Positions 1 through 12,743 of a stretch of 64,000 nucleotides of DNA are shown one piece after another; position 1 is the first letter of the stretch, and each line of letters begins with the position of its first letter. Under the pieces are notes generated by a model, which was not told where the DNA came from, did not search any database, and was given only the letters and a program-made list of their open reading frames with translations. Source of the DNA: Chrysomallon squamiferum (lineage: Eukaryota; Animalia; Mollusca); contig CM022672.1 in NCBI GenBank assembly GCA_012295275.1, positions 10,850,001 to 10,914,000 on the forward strand, read 5' to 3'. Both the position numbers and the translations under genes were made by a program.

Positions 1-21
1 GATTTAAGTAATACAATATTT

Positions 22-248
22 CTAATCATGCGTCTGCTCTAATAGTAGCACAAGCGTGTCATCAAAGATCTCTCCCTGGGTGTCCATTCCACCATGTACG
101 AGACATATTTTAAAAGTTCTCTTAGGATCCTTTGTACCAGATTTATCTCCTAGTGATTCAGAGTTCCCAGTTCCAGAAGAACTCATGGCTGGTAGCAGGT
201 TTTGGTTGTTTGAATTTTCCTGGGATAAGTCATCCAAATTTGATGATT
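22..248 (-). CDS. RABEPK: RABEPK terminal coding exon
   Basis: (E)SSNLDD...CLVHGGMDTQGEIFDDTLVLLLEQTHD*; acceptor CTTTACTTTATTTCAG. Confidence 0.9.
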
Positions 249-612
249 CTGAAATAAAGTAAAGATTTATATTTTCACTGAACTAACTGCATATGTTTAT
301 TCTGATTACCAGGTAATTTAATTTCTTAACAGTTCTATAAAATTTTAATAATAGCCAATAAAAAAAACCCAGATATTTAATTTTACAGTAAAACAAACAA
401 TTAATGTTCCTTTTTGTTTGTTTCTTATATAAAAAATAAAAATTGAGTATTATATAAAAATAAAAAATTTGAGTATTATATACAAATTAGTTTTTAAAAT
501 AACAAGTGCAATAAGTAGGAACATACACATGCAACCTAATTAAAATACTGCAGTAAGTTAATACAATTTGATTATTGAAAACTACAATAATTCAGTTCCA
601 TACTTTTTAAAT

Positions 613-646
<34 letters not shown>

Positions 647-1693
647 TTTTTGTTGTTATTGTTATAAGCCTACTTAAATTGACTCACATGAATACTAGCT
701 TATTCTGAAATAATTCAACTTGTTTCTTATAAATAAATTTATCAAAAAAAAAAAAAAAAAAAAAAGTAATAATAACAATTTAAAAAGAAGGGGAAAAAAA
801 AAGAAGATAATCCTAAGTTCATAAAATGTTATTAATTTTACCTCTGCTGAAGTCTTGACGGCTGTCTCTTGAACTTGCACTGCCAGGTTTAAGCTCCTGT
901 TCCAGAACCTCCTTTGCATACTGACTTACATTAGCAATATCTCCACCACTTCCTGCAGTGACCTCTCGTTTCAGAACAACTGCACACATTGCAAAGTCCA
1001 AACGAGAGGGAGGGGGTGGACCCTGAATTTCCACTTTTGTCCAGGTCAGCTTCACTGATAACAGGAAAAAAAAAAAATTATGATATTCCGTTATGATATT
1101 AACCAGTCTTGTAATACCTGTATCACATATATCAAATATAATACTATAAAATTAATAAATAAATATAATTAAAAAAATCAATGAATAATATTTCAAGTCT
1201 ACATTAAAATGCTGATCAGAGTTGTTGTTTTTTCAAAAAGACTTGTTTACAAAAATATCCCATTATTATTAAAATTTCTTGTATGTGTAACCTAAATAAA
1301 TTTATACAAATGTTTGGATGCTCATAGTTTTTGCTGGAAAGATTCACAGAAATTAGATGAGGTGAAAATAAACACAAGTAAATGATTGGTTCGTTCCCTC
1401 TAAACTACATTATATTGGATTTTGTAAAGCAGTTATACAACTATAAACAAGCAATATTACTGCCGAAGACTGACTGCAAAGTTCATGTAAGTATTTCGTA
1501 TAGTCTTAAAGATGCGTTAATGCACAGGTATTATTTTTTGTGTTGCATTTGCATGCTAATTCACACACAAGCATTGGAATGATAAAAATTATTTTGTTTA
1601 CTTCCTAAAGTAAATGTACAAGTATTTTTATCTCAGGATGATTTGATTACTTAACCTCACCTCCAGTATCGGATGTGGAGAAGTGTATAATCT

Positions 1694-1728
<35 letters not shown>

Positions 1729-3760
1729 TTCATGAACCCATGGTAACAGGTAATAAAATACTAATACAACTGGAGTAGTGTTGAGACTTTCAGATTACAA
1801 GAACCTGTACAAGACAGGCAGATAATTACTGCTGATTAAGAGCCACTTGGTTTTATTGGTAATTGGTGCAGAGAAGGGCAACAGGTGTTTCCCAAGTCAC
1901 ATTAGCCCAGTATGGCTGGTACTGTCAATTCAGAATAGATTATGCTTAAAAATCCGATAATATTAGCCATCCCTGAAGCAATTTCTATATTTATCAAATT
2001 TTATTTTAAGAAAAAAAATAAAAATAAAAAATAAAAAAATATATATATATATGTACTTTTTTTCTTCCCTGCTATTTATTTTGAAGGTTGAGTTGAAAAT
2101 AGTTCTTGAATATAAAATCAGATTCCCCCCATAAAGCATTCACTTTTGCGTTTATCTCACTCCTGGTTAGAACTCTAATGCAGAGAAGTAACATTTGGGT
2201 AAAACATTACTCATGTGGCTTGCTAAGTGACAGGCGTGACCTTTTTCACAGCTGAGAGTTAGTGTTGCAGAGATCTATTAAAATGGAAACAGGAAACAGA
2301 CTTTACCACAGGCAATAAAACAGACATTCATTCCATGTGCAAATTAAGTTTTTCATTTCCTTTTCTGATTCAAGGATTTTTGTTAGCTTACACAATATCT
2401 AAGTACTGTCGTATTTAAAAAAAAAAAAAAAAAAAAAAAATTAAATAGATTAAGGGGAAGAGAATCTCTAAAATTTATGCTTAAATAAAAACAATAAAAA
2501 TATTTTCAATTTTTTAAAATTATTATTATATAATAATAAAAAATTAAAAATAAAGAAAATAGAAACAATAATTACACTTTATTATTTCTTTATTGAACTA
2601 TTTTAATGTTACATATTTGAAGTGATAAATTTTTCACACCTCATGAAAATATGACTTAATGTGTGCCAAGTCAACTGTCAAAAAGCTAGAATTGTCCACA
2701 TTATACTTCAGCTATATAATACATTATATAATACGTTTAATATTTTGGCACAGACTGAAAATGATACTATTAATTTGTTTTATGTGCAAAATTAACCTAG
2801 ATTTCATAAGCTTTGAATTTACTAAGGCCAATGTTACTGTTGCCAGTTTGTATTTATGCAGTCCATAAGTAATTAATTAGCAGGTATTTAATAACATGGA
2901 CAAAAAAAAATAATGCTGATAAATAATGTTCTACATCTACGTAAGGCTGGAATTTCTGGCTGAAAAAACATTTTCACATGTGAATGAATCATAGATGAGT
3001 ACATTTGTCATGAACCTGATATCTTTACAATTCTCTTGTTTTCATGGTGCAATTCAACTAGTTATTAGTGACAACTCCCAATTACTGTTATGGTGGGGTT
3101 AATAACTGCACTATGTAAACTTATCTGCTGTTACCGAATGGGTGCCAGAAGAAATCTAATCATGCTTTGATAAAAAAAAAAATGTATTACCTCTAGTTTA
3201 ACTTGATTAAAGTTGGTGCGTAAAAATAAATTATTCATTTCAACATTAGCAAGAGTCACCCACACACACAGAAGAGCACATTTTAATTTTTATAAATTTA
3301 TTTTATCAAAGATTGATTAAAAACACTGAACATTAATGTACGGGTAACGGAAGCTGATAATAGATAAAAAAAAGATAATAACAAAATGTTGGGGTTTTTT
3401 GTTTTTTTTTTTTCTAAAGAAATAATTTTAGATTTGCTAAAATTCAAGTAATAACAGCAATAGATGTACCATTGATATTAATTCCTCAAAAACTGTCATA
3501 ATGTATGCTAAGAATTTGCTGCAAATAGCAACACTGAATGTCATACCATATACTAGCTCAGACGTGTTCAGCTTGGTAGATTACTGATTAAGATGTATTA
3601 TGATGGGTTAAAATTACTGATAACAATTAAGGACAGAGTTAAATAATTGGATTACTTCATCCAAATCTTATAACAGTTGTTTGCTATATATTAGTTTCAT
3701 ATAGAAATAAAAATTAAAACAATTACATGTTTATTATAATCTGGTCTTGTAAATGTGTGT

Positions 3761-3802
<42 letters not shown>

Positions 3803-5853
3803 AGGTGTTTTTTTATGATTTGTAGTTTATAACAATAGTAGCAACAGTAAATATATATGTTGATACTGGTTTTTATATATATTTATAAATGAAGCCAATT
3901 AGTCTGATGCATCTCTTAAAAATGTTCTGAAAGAGATTTGACATAATATCCAGATGTTTATTAACATTACCAAATATAAGCAAAGTATTCCTGCCATTTT
4001 ATAATGCTATAAATCTCAGAAGAGTATCTACAAATATATGGTTAAGGTACCAGAAGACAACATTTTTAGCATATTTCAGTACAGATAGGCCAAAAGTCTG
4101 ATACTGTATTTTCATGCAAGTCTGCATGGGAACATTGCACAGATTAGATAGATGAAGCAGAACATCCACTCAGTAATCTGACTCACAGCTGTCAATCTGA
4201 CCAACATGTCATTTTTGTTTAGTTGTGTTTTTTAAAATAGTGCACAACTATATAATTAAAAGTCATTAAAGCCCACAGAGTACTATTTAATTTAAAGTGG
4301 ATTACCACAGACAAACAATGACTGACAATGTGAACAAGATCACTATGGTTTTCTGTAGAATTACTGTAAGTAGCATTTATTATATTCAGTTATCCCCAAA
4401 CAAATCAAAACAAAGAGAAAAAAGAAAAGAAAAAAAAGGTGAGGGACAGATGGAAAAGAGAAAAAGTAAATGATAGAAAGTACAAAATTGTATCTATTAA
4501 ACTAGAATCATCAATTTATTTAGTTTTTAAAAGCATATAAGATGTGAAATTAATTTGAATAGTACAATGAAAATATTTTTATTCAAAGCCTGGTAAATAA
4601 AATGTGATGGAAAAAACACTCTTGTAGATACAGCAAGACACTTTAACATTATCACTTTTCAACACACTTTTGCATGTGGACACATTTTTTAATTCTAACA
4701 TCAAAATAAAATCCAAAAATACACTATTCTGCCATATATATACCTATTTTTTCAGTCTAATCAAGAAACGATTTTATAATTTAAAAAATTTATATCAATA
4801 CATTTTATTAAATGCCTGCAAGACAATTATAAAAATATTAGACTGTTTATATGTATTCTTCCATTGTGTTTTTTAACCAAATTTACATTTGAATGATCTT
4901 GTTCTGGCAATCAGTTATGTGGTTTCATTTGATGGAGAATACAAATTAAATTTTACAAGTATAGCAATAGAAATCCTAATGGAATAAAATTGGTACTATT
5001 TCCAAATTTTGAAACAAATTCTAAACTCACCTGTATCAAGTTTGTAAGTGTCATCCAAGGCACCATCTCTGTTCATCCCACCAAAGATGTACAAATCTGT
5101 TCCACACACCAAGCTTCCATGACCAGCTCTTGCTGATGGGTACATTTTCTTTCTTTTGACATTCACCCAAGAATTCTTACTGAGGTCAAGGATATGTAGA
5201 TCATCATAGAAAGTTGAACCAGCCATCCCACCATGTATAAATATTTTATCTCTAACAGCAGCCATTACATGGCCATGACGTGGTTTGGGAGAGTCACCTC
5301 TAATATTAAGTATTGACCATGATGACGTCTTGGCATCAAAACAGTGAACCTGCCTGTCTCCTACAGGATCAGACCCACTGTGGCCTCCACTATAAACAAT
5401 CAATTTATCTCCAAGAACAGGCACAGTGTGGTATGTCCTGGCTGGAGGGGGAGTACCTGTTGCAGCTACAGTGCTCCACAAATTGGAAGAAGTATCAAGA
5501 CACTGCACATCATTCATATTTCCAGCCTGGTCAGCACCCCCAAAGATGTAGATTTTGTTTGGCTGGCTTTCAGGAACAAATGCCACATGTTCATATCTTG
5601 CCCTTAGGCCTGCACTGTCTACAGTATCCCACTGTAAGGTGTTGAGGTCAAGTACATATGTATCACAGAATACATTGCTTGGATTAGCTCCTCCGATGAT
5701 GTACACTTTGCCAGAATCATTGCTGTGAGATCCTTTGATATAAGTAGCTGTATGACCAACTCTTTCAGATGGTGTATCACCCAAGGTAGACAGAACATAC
5801 CACCAACCAGGGTTTGGTGCTGTATCCATGTCAAGAACTGGATGCAGCTCCAT
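22..5853 (-). CDS. RABEPK: Rab9 effector protein with kelch motifs (p40), 3 coding exons, 420 aa
   Basis: Exons 5853..5031 (ATG; donor ACAG|GTGAGT, phase 1), 1054..842 (TATCAG| acceptor, AGAG|GTAAAA, phase 1), 248..22 (TTTCAG|, stop TAG) join in frame (1263 nt). The N-terminus MELHPVLD..WYVL..GDTPSERVGH..GKVYIIGGANP and the C-terminus RLDFAMC..CLVHGGMDTQGEIFDD match the vertebrate RABEPK pattern as I recall it. Repeated kelch GG motifs are present. Confidence 0.93.
842..1054 (-). CDS. RABEPK: RABEPK coding exon 2
   Basis: (V)KLTWTKVEIQGPPPPSRLDFAMC...DFSR; canonical AG/GT, phase 1-1. Confidence 0.9.
3763..3800. repeat. (GT)n microsatellite
   Basis: Direct inspection. Confidence 0.95.
5031..5853 (-). 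CDS. RABEPK: RABEPK coding exon 1 (823 nt, most of the kelch propeller)
   Basis: ORF track 4996..5853; GTGAGT donor at 5030..5025 after ...KLDT. Confidence 0.95.
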
Positions 5854-6160
5854 CTTTGTGTGTGGCCTTATTTCGAAACAACGAAAAGTTCTATTTGTTA
5901 ATTTAACAATTCTTAATGTTCTTTCATCTCCAACAGTGACATTTTGAAATTAATAATTTACAATGCTGATGAATAAATTTTTCACAGGTTTTATATGAGA
6001 TAAAAATATAAAAATATATATTATTAAAAATTTAACAACTATGGTCAAATGATATGAACAAATATTAATGGAACTAAACTTCAGAATATTAACTCAGTAA
6101 CAAATACTGCAATCCAACTTCAAATACAAAATCTATAGAATTACAACTTATTAAGAAAAG

Positions 6161-6502
6161 TCACATCACCACACACATTCGACTTTCTACAACATGACCA
6201 TCTTTTCGTTCAACATTAAGTGGAACACGTTCTTTTCTGGTTGGGGTATCCGTGCTGTTCAAATGATATGCAACAGCTTCCTTTCTAGCTAAAATCCCAC
6301 TGTTACCATAATGACTAAATTCCACTGCAGCAGCTGCAGCAGCATCACCTCCATCAACTAGCCTGTAAGCTGGTTCTCGTTTTTTGCCTATGGAATCTTT
6401 CCTTTTCTTCTGCTGCTGATGGAATATCAAATATGCTGTGTCTTCATATCGCTGATGGATGAAGGCTGGTGATTCTGTGTAAGGAACAGGTGATTTGTTC
6501 AT
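6161..6502 (-). CDS. Unknown 113-aa small protein with C-terminal CaaX box (CVVM), upstream of RABEPK
   Basis: ATG-initiated ORF, visibly more GC-rich than flanking intron DNA and with non-repetitive composition. Has a basic patch KKRKDSIGKKR and ends RMCVVM*. Strong minus-strand acceptor (TTTCTTTTGTCTTCAG) at 6549-6550, 46 nt upstream of the ATG. Confidence 0.6.
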   Translation of the reverse strand: MNKSPVPYTESPAFIHQRYEDTAYLIFHQQQKKRKDSIGKKREPAYRLVDGGDAAAAAAVEFSHYGNSGILARKEAVAYHLNSTDTPTRKERVPLNVERKDGHVVESRMCVVM

Positions 6503-8156
6503 CTAGCAAGAAGTCACTTGGCTACTTACAGCCATACAGATGGAAAAGCTGAAGACAAAAGAAATTATTTCTTTTAATAAATAAATTAATTAAATTAAAT
6601 TAAATAAAAATTATATATTTATTTTTAATTTTAAAATTCAAATTTCATCCACAGAAATATAATTTCTGAGTGCAATCAATAAAAATTAAGTATAATTTCA
6701 AGTGGATATTTTTCTTGCATTATAAATGTTAAATATTTTTTAAGTGGAAAATATCCAATACTATTTTTTTTAAATGCTTGTTAATTTCTCTCCCAATTTT
6801 TATTTTCATTTTAAACCAGACATTTTATACAGCACTCTTACACACAAAGGTAAGTTTTTATTATGAACAGTTCATTTTTGTTTTTAGGCTGCAATTCAGA
6901 TTATATTAGACCAAAACATGGATAGGTTTAATACCAAGTAGCTTGAAACAAAAAAGAAATTTAGAAAAGATTACAATTATTTATAACTCCCTCTAATCAT
7001 GCTCTCTTCTGATGAGTAACTGATGACATTTATTTACTATTCAAAAATAGTCTAATACATATTATGTTATGCGTGTATTTAACAGCTTTACTTATCACAG
7101 TTCAATTTATAGTTGTTATTTGATCTTAATGTACAGCCCTGGTGAGAAGTAGCTGTGTCTGCTGTTGGTACAGCTGTTTTTGTTGATGTAGTTAAAAGAC
7201 ATATGGAAATTCTGAGACTGCATACACATAATGGCAATCTACCAAATGAGGTGTTCTATTTCTGACACTTCACATCATTTCCTAACTTTTAAGTAATGGA
7301 TTTTTCTTTTACTTCTTCTTTATTATATCATATATGTATCTAGATAATAATACTTTTTGATAAAAGTAATTTTGTGTTATTGATCTTCATAAGTTATATT
7401 CCAACATTTTTCATATTATTATTATATAAAATAATAATAATAAAAAAGCAAAAACACATATACATTTACAAATATGGTTATAAACTATAAATATGTCATT
7501 GCTAAAACACTGTAAAAACTGGTCATTTAAAATAAATATCCATATTCCATACATTCTTCTTTCAAACAAGACAAATTATTTAAATCTAAAAAGAATGATC
7601 TTTGCTAGCTGTTGCTTATCCTTTACCTGCCATCAAGCTGTCAACAAATGAGCTTAGAAGCTGCTAGCTAGGTAGCCTGAATGATGTTGACGGATAGCAA
7701 AACAAATATTTAACTTTTAAAGTCTATTTGTTTATAACCTTGATATTTAGAAGTGAGGTAGGTGTGAATGGGTTTGTGCCATCTGTCATTAAAAAGTAAA
7801 TGATATTCAAATTTTTAAAATAAATACATACACAAATTTTAAATAATAGTTGCAAAATTAAAATAATCGAATTCTTATTTAAGTTTTTATTTTTCTCTTA
7901 TTTAAAAAAAAAAAAATGTTTTTTCATTTGTGCATTTATTTTATAAGTAGGTAAGGTATATTTTAAAATAAATCAACTTTATAAATACATTTTAAAGAAA
8001 TAAACATGTATAAAAAAGTAACAATTGTAAAATAAATTAGTAAAATTATTGTCTCTAATTTGCAATTATTATCAGGAAATATTTTACTTAAAAAAAAAAT
8101 TAAAAAAATCTTCCTTAATAATTTGTACACCATCCCTTCAAAATAAAAGCAAAAAC

Positions 8157-8160
8157 AATA

Positions 8161-8202
<42 letters not shown>
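8157..8202. repeat. (AAT)n microsatellite
   Basis: Direct inspection. Confidence 0.95.
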
Positions 8203-8203
<1 letters not shown>

Positions 8204-11200
8204 TTTTATAAAATATAATAAATTTGTTATTTTTAAATGTTTCAAAAATAATTATTAAATAAGAATCAAATTGTAGCTGGCAAGTAAACAATAAGAGATA
8301 GTAACTGATAGTTATAAATGAAATTCAAAACAACCTTTCACCAGCTAAAAATAAAAAAGCATGCTCACAGGTAAACAATGGGATAACCCTTTCAAACTGA
8401 TAGTAAGTTAACAGTTACAAATTTTATATGAGAAATTAATACCTCAAAGCGGAGCCAATTCATTTATATATTTGTAAATATTTATAATTTAAAAAATGCT
8501 TGTTTTACACTTGTTTTTTGTTTTGTTTGTTTTCATTTCAAACAACAAAAATTGATAAATATGCAGACAATAGCATCTACACAAATATGAATTCTTAGAC
8601 TATTTGGTTTCCAAAATACATTGAAATAGTTATAGGCTGTTTAGCATTTAATGGTACTAAAGGTAATATTTACTATATACTTTGTTACAATTGCAGTTGT
8701 TTGTTAATGATAAAGTATTTATGTTTATACTTAAACATGTTTGTGTTAAGATACAGAAAGCATTCAGTTAAATGATCATATCTTAGATATTGCATTGCAC
8801 AAGTATTGTTGCAGTGGTACAATTTATAAACCTGTAAATATCTAGACACAAATACTGACCTACGATTCACTTCAATTATTACACAGTCCACTATAAGCTG
8901 CTTTACTGGTCTACAATTTTCAGAATAAAGATGCACGTAACTAAAACATGCAGTAGCTATTTTTATATATTATCAGTGACCCTTATGTTCTATTTCACTG
9001 AAAATACAGCATTTCTATGTTATGAATTGTATATGATGTGGCTGACGAAGCATGTCGACATCAATCATAGCAGGACACCTAACTAACTGTGTGCAATTTG
9101 CTGATAAAAGTCAGCCACAAATAAGTTAAAACCTGTCATCATATTAGGCACACAAACCTGACGCAGGTACTTCACTGTAACACATACAGTCATGGTAAAT
9201 AGATGAACTATAATGTGTCTAGTGCAGTAATGAGTATTTGGTTTTAACTGCAGTGTTTTTCTGAACATACACAGAATGTGAAATATACAACACAATATAT
9301 TTCAAATTTGAAGTCAGCAGGTTATCTGATACTTCATGAACAATAGGTATGGTTGAAAAATGAGACATGCATATATGGTTATGCTTGAATGATGCTGCAT
9401 AGCTGATAAAACTTGTGCTTCTAGCAACACTTAAAACTGAAACATAAAATACTTTTTAAAATGTATACCTGGCAACAGGCTCTCCTCAAATTTATCTTAG
9501 TGTTATATTTAAATTTGAAAAGAAAGAAAGAAAGAAAGAAAATTCACATATTATAATGAGCATTTTCAACATTAGGTAACATAAAACCCACCAAAAGATG
9601 AAAGGAATGATGTTTATATTAACTGAATTGCATAACCTACAGGTATTCCTTTTTAAATACATAGTAAATTTGCATTTGTTGTTACTAGCCAGCCAGACTT
9701 ATCAGCATGAATATAGCTTTCACAAAGTTTACTCTGACAAGAAACACAAACTTCACTTAAGAACCAGAACAATTAGTGTTGACGTTGACAAATTTATAAC
9801 CTTTGTAACCAAAAGAAAAGAAACCACTCCTCAGCATACCAAAGATGCACAAATGTTCAGGACTGAATTAGCAGCAAAGTTGTTATTTTAATGAAGTGCA
9901 TCATTGTAATTCTAATTTTAGTTGTTTTGTGTCAAAATTTACCAGAAGATAATATATGGATAAAGAAATACATGTTTAATGCACATGATGTTAAAAACCA
10001 ACATCCCCAAATAAACTGTTTCATCAGCATTGTAACTTTATTCAACAACTACATAATACAGATATATATCTAATTTTAGTTTTATTATCATTATTATTTT
10101 TTGTTGTTGTTGTTACTATTGTGTATTGAAATAAAAAAAAATACACATACTATATTAATAAATGAAATCATGCTAATGCAGCAGTTATATTTTAAAAGCT
10201 CCCAATATTTTTTTTTAAATCTCTAAATATAGTTATTTCCTATCAAGCTGAACAAGACATATACATATATTTAAATTTAATTAACTTGTGTTATTAAATT
10301 ATTTCTGTCTGTAAGCTTTGGTAATGACTATTGTAACTAATTCAATAAGCAACCCAATTTAGAAACTGACACAAAGTTACTAATATAAACATCAATATAC
10401 TATTATTATAATCAAGAAAACATGTTATTCAATCTTAAAGAAGGTTCTTTCAGTTTCAAAACATAACAAATATTAACACATTAAGTGTGTTTTTGTGTAC
10501 AAGTGGCTATATTTTTTTCTTATACCTTTTTGATGAACAACACTTTTATTGTAATATGTTTCTGTCAATGGCTTTCTTGATCTGCACAATAGTGAGGTCT
10601 CAAAAATGACATAATGGTATTCTCATTTTATTCACATCTATAGCTTCAATTATTTGGTTGCCAGCTAATTGGACCACCAGAATATATCATTAGTGGCTTT
10701 TGTATTTAGTTGCAATTAAATCACTATTAATGATAGGTGTATGTTACTCAGACAAAGTTAATGATAAACTATAACAATATAATATAAAACTGTTTTAATT
10801 TAACTGAAATTTGTATTAATTCTGGGTCATATTACCACAGATCCATAGTATAACAGCTTACAACTATTTGTTCTGATCATTTATTTTCAGATTTATGCTG
10901 TATTTTTGTTTTTTGTTTACCTTATGAAGATGATCATGTTTCTTTATTCAGTTACTTCAATCTATACTTTAAGCACATAATCCTGAATCACATAGTGTTA
11001 GTGTGTCAAAATGTTAGTCAAAAAAAGAATGATTGTAGAGATGTTATATCTCTCCAGTTAGCTATGGGTAGAAGCTAGTGCAAAGACCGCACTACTAAAA
11101 TTGGTTATGAATTAGTATGCAATAAATATATAAATATATGCTTAATTCAAGTATATTTAACAAAATAATTTTTTTAATTTTTTTTTTTTACTTGAAATAC

Positions 11201-11914
11201 TTGTAAATAATCAAGGTGCATAGACAAGCTTGATGTTATATATTTATTATCATAACATTATTTTGATTTCATATTATAACTAATAACAATAAACTATAAT
11301 ATTGTATGTATTGGTATGAAAAGTTGTTTCTGCACTGCAGCAGAAGGTCATCTGATTTTTTAATCACATTTTAGCTTTCCTTAAAGGGGTGTTCCTTTTT
11401 TCTCATTTCTGTTTTCAAAAACAACATGATATTGCAGTTTTAAATAACATTTTCTTTTTGATAAAGACAAGTTCTAAGCAAGTTAGACTTTTGTAAAAAG
11501 ATTTATATCTATACAGTGAAGTCATAAGTCATTAACGCTAATTTATGTGATTATTAATTGCTCGTAAAAACTTGAAAGGCTTCTACAATTCACCAGTCTT
11601 GAAAATTGATCTTTTTGTATATTGGTTTAATTTCTATGGAGTTTTTGAGAATTACATAATTATGGTGAATATATATTTGATATAATTAATGCAATTAATT
11701 AATTAATCAAATTAATGGATATTAGCAACACTTATCTAAAGCTTCATTTTGCTATATAATACAATTTATATGTGATATTCAGTGACGATGGTGTCAAATG
11801 AAGGAAATGAATCAGTTTCTCCAGATAATTTTTTTAGTAGCAGTGCTATGAAAAAAATATTGGTGTCATTTTAATCTGCTTTCTTTTTTCTTTCTTTTTC
11901 TTCTTCTTCTTTTT

Positions 11915-11981
11915 TTTTATTTTATTTTATTTTATTTTATTTTATTTTATTTTATTTTATTTTATTTTATTTTATTTTATT
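11915..11981. repeat. (TTTTA)n microsatellite
   Basis: Direct inspection. Confidence 0.95.
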
Positions 11982-12284
11982 ATTATTTTTTTTATTATTT
12001 TTTTTTTTTTTGCTTTTATGATGATATATAATTTAAAGGAAAGTGATATTTCTGAAAATTTTGTCACGTACCTAATATTAGTAATAACAGTAATAATGTA
12101 TGTAAAATTATGAGAAAAAAAAAAAACATTACACTAATCTACTAACAATTAACTTTTAAGAACGAAAACCTGATAAAGATATTAATTTATATACAGTTCT
12201 GTCTGAAATAACCTGAAACTGTATGTTTATTTTTAAATAGTGTTGAAAGTAATAAAATTATGAAAAATGACAAAAATAACTTTG

Positions 12285-12600
12285 CCTTCGTCCCTAATTC
12301 GAGTACTATTTCGGACGATAATGAAGAAAACATTGACAATATATAATATCCAATAAATACAGCAAATTATAGTCTTTTACAGAATATAAAAAAAACTTAC
12401 ATTCCCCTGCAGTATAAGTTACAAATGTATTGATAACGAAGAAATTCTGAGCATTTTCCAAGCACTTCTGCTTAGTTACGAAACACAACCGGAAGTGTTG
12501 TAGCAACCGAACGAAGCTATTCGATATTAATCATTTCATTTAGTTTCGCATTTCTTAAGGTTTGGTTAGGCTTTTGTTGTTTTTTCTTTTCTCGAGATTT
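12285..12600. promoter_or_regulatory. CpG-retaining bidirectional promoter (RABEPK / vav) with ETS/GABP motif CCGGAAGTG at 12489..12497
   Basis: Local cluster of CpG dinucleotides in otherwise CpG-poor DNA. Divergent donors on the minus strand (12400) and plus strand (AAG|GTTTGG, 12560); vav acceptor at 12718. Confidence 0.7.
12401..12490 (-). other. Putative first non-coding exon of the RABEPK/CaaX-ORF transcript
   Basis: Minus-strand donor GAAT|GTAAGT at 12400 inside the CpG-rich promoter region; the 5' end is approximate. Confidence 0.5.
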
Positions 12601-12743
12601 CTGTGTTAAAGATAATAGTTAATTTGTAATAATATTAATGATATTATTTTTGTTTTACTTATCGTAACTTTATTATTTTAAAAAATAAGACATATTTTTA
12701 ATGTTTCTGTGTTATCAGGCAGGAAGAGGAAGAAATCCCAAAA

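Noticed and set aside
56-262. 68-aa plus-strand ORF
   Set aside because: Antisense shadow of the RABEPK terminal exon.
5313-5834. ORFs 5313..5645 (+), 5344..5607 (+), 5619..5834 (-)
   Set aside because: Shadow or alternate-frame ORFs of the RABEPK exon with no independent signals.
5854-5949. Open frame extending 32 codons upstream of the RABEPK ATG, joinable to a possible exon at 7627-7676
   Set aside because: Would need a rare GAG acceptor, and the Met at 5853 already aligns with the known RABEPK N-terminus.
8685-10073. ORFs 8685..8936, 9083..9295, 9598..9891, 9891..10073
   Set aside because: AT-rich, no recognisable motifs and no consistent splice structure; likely within the RABEPK 5' intron.
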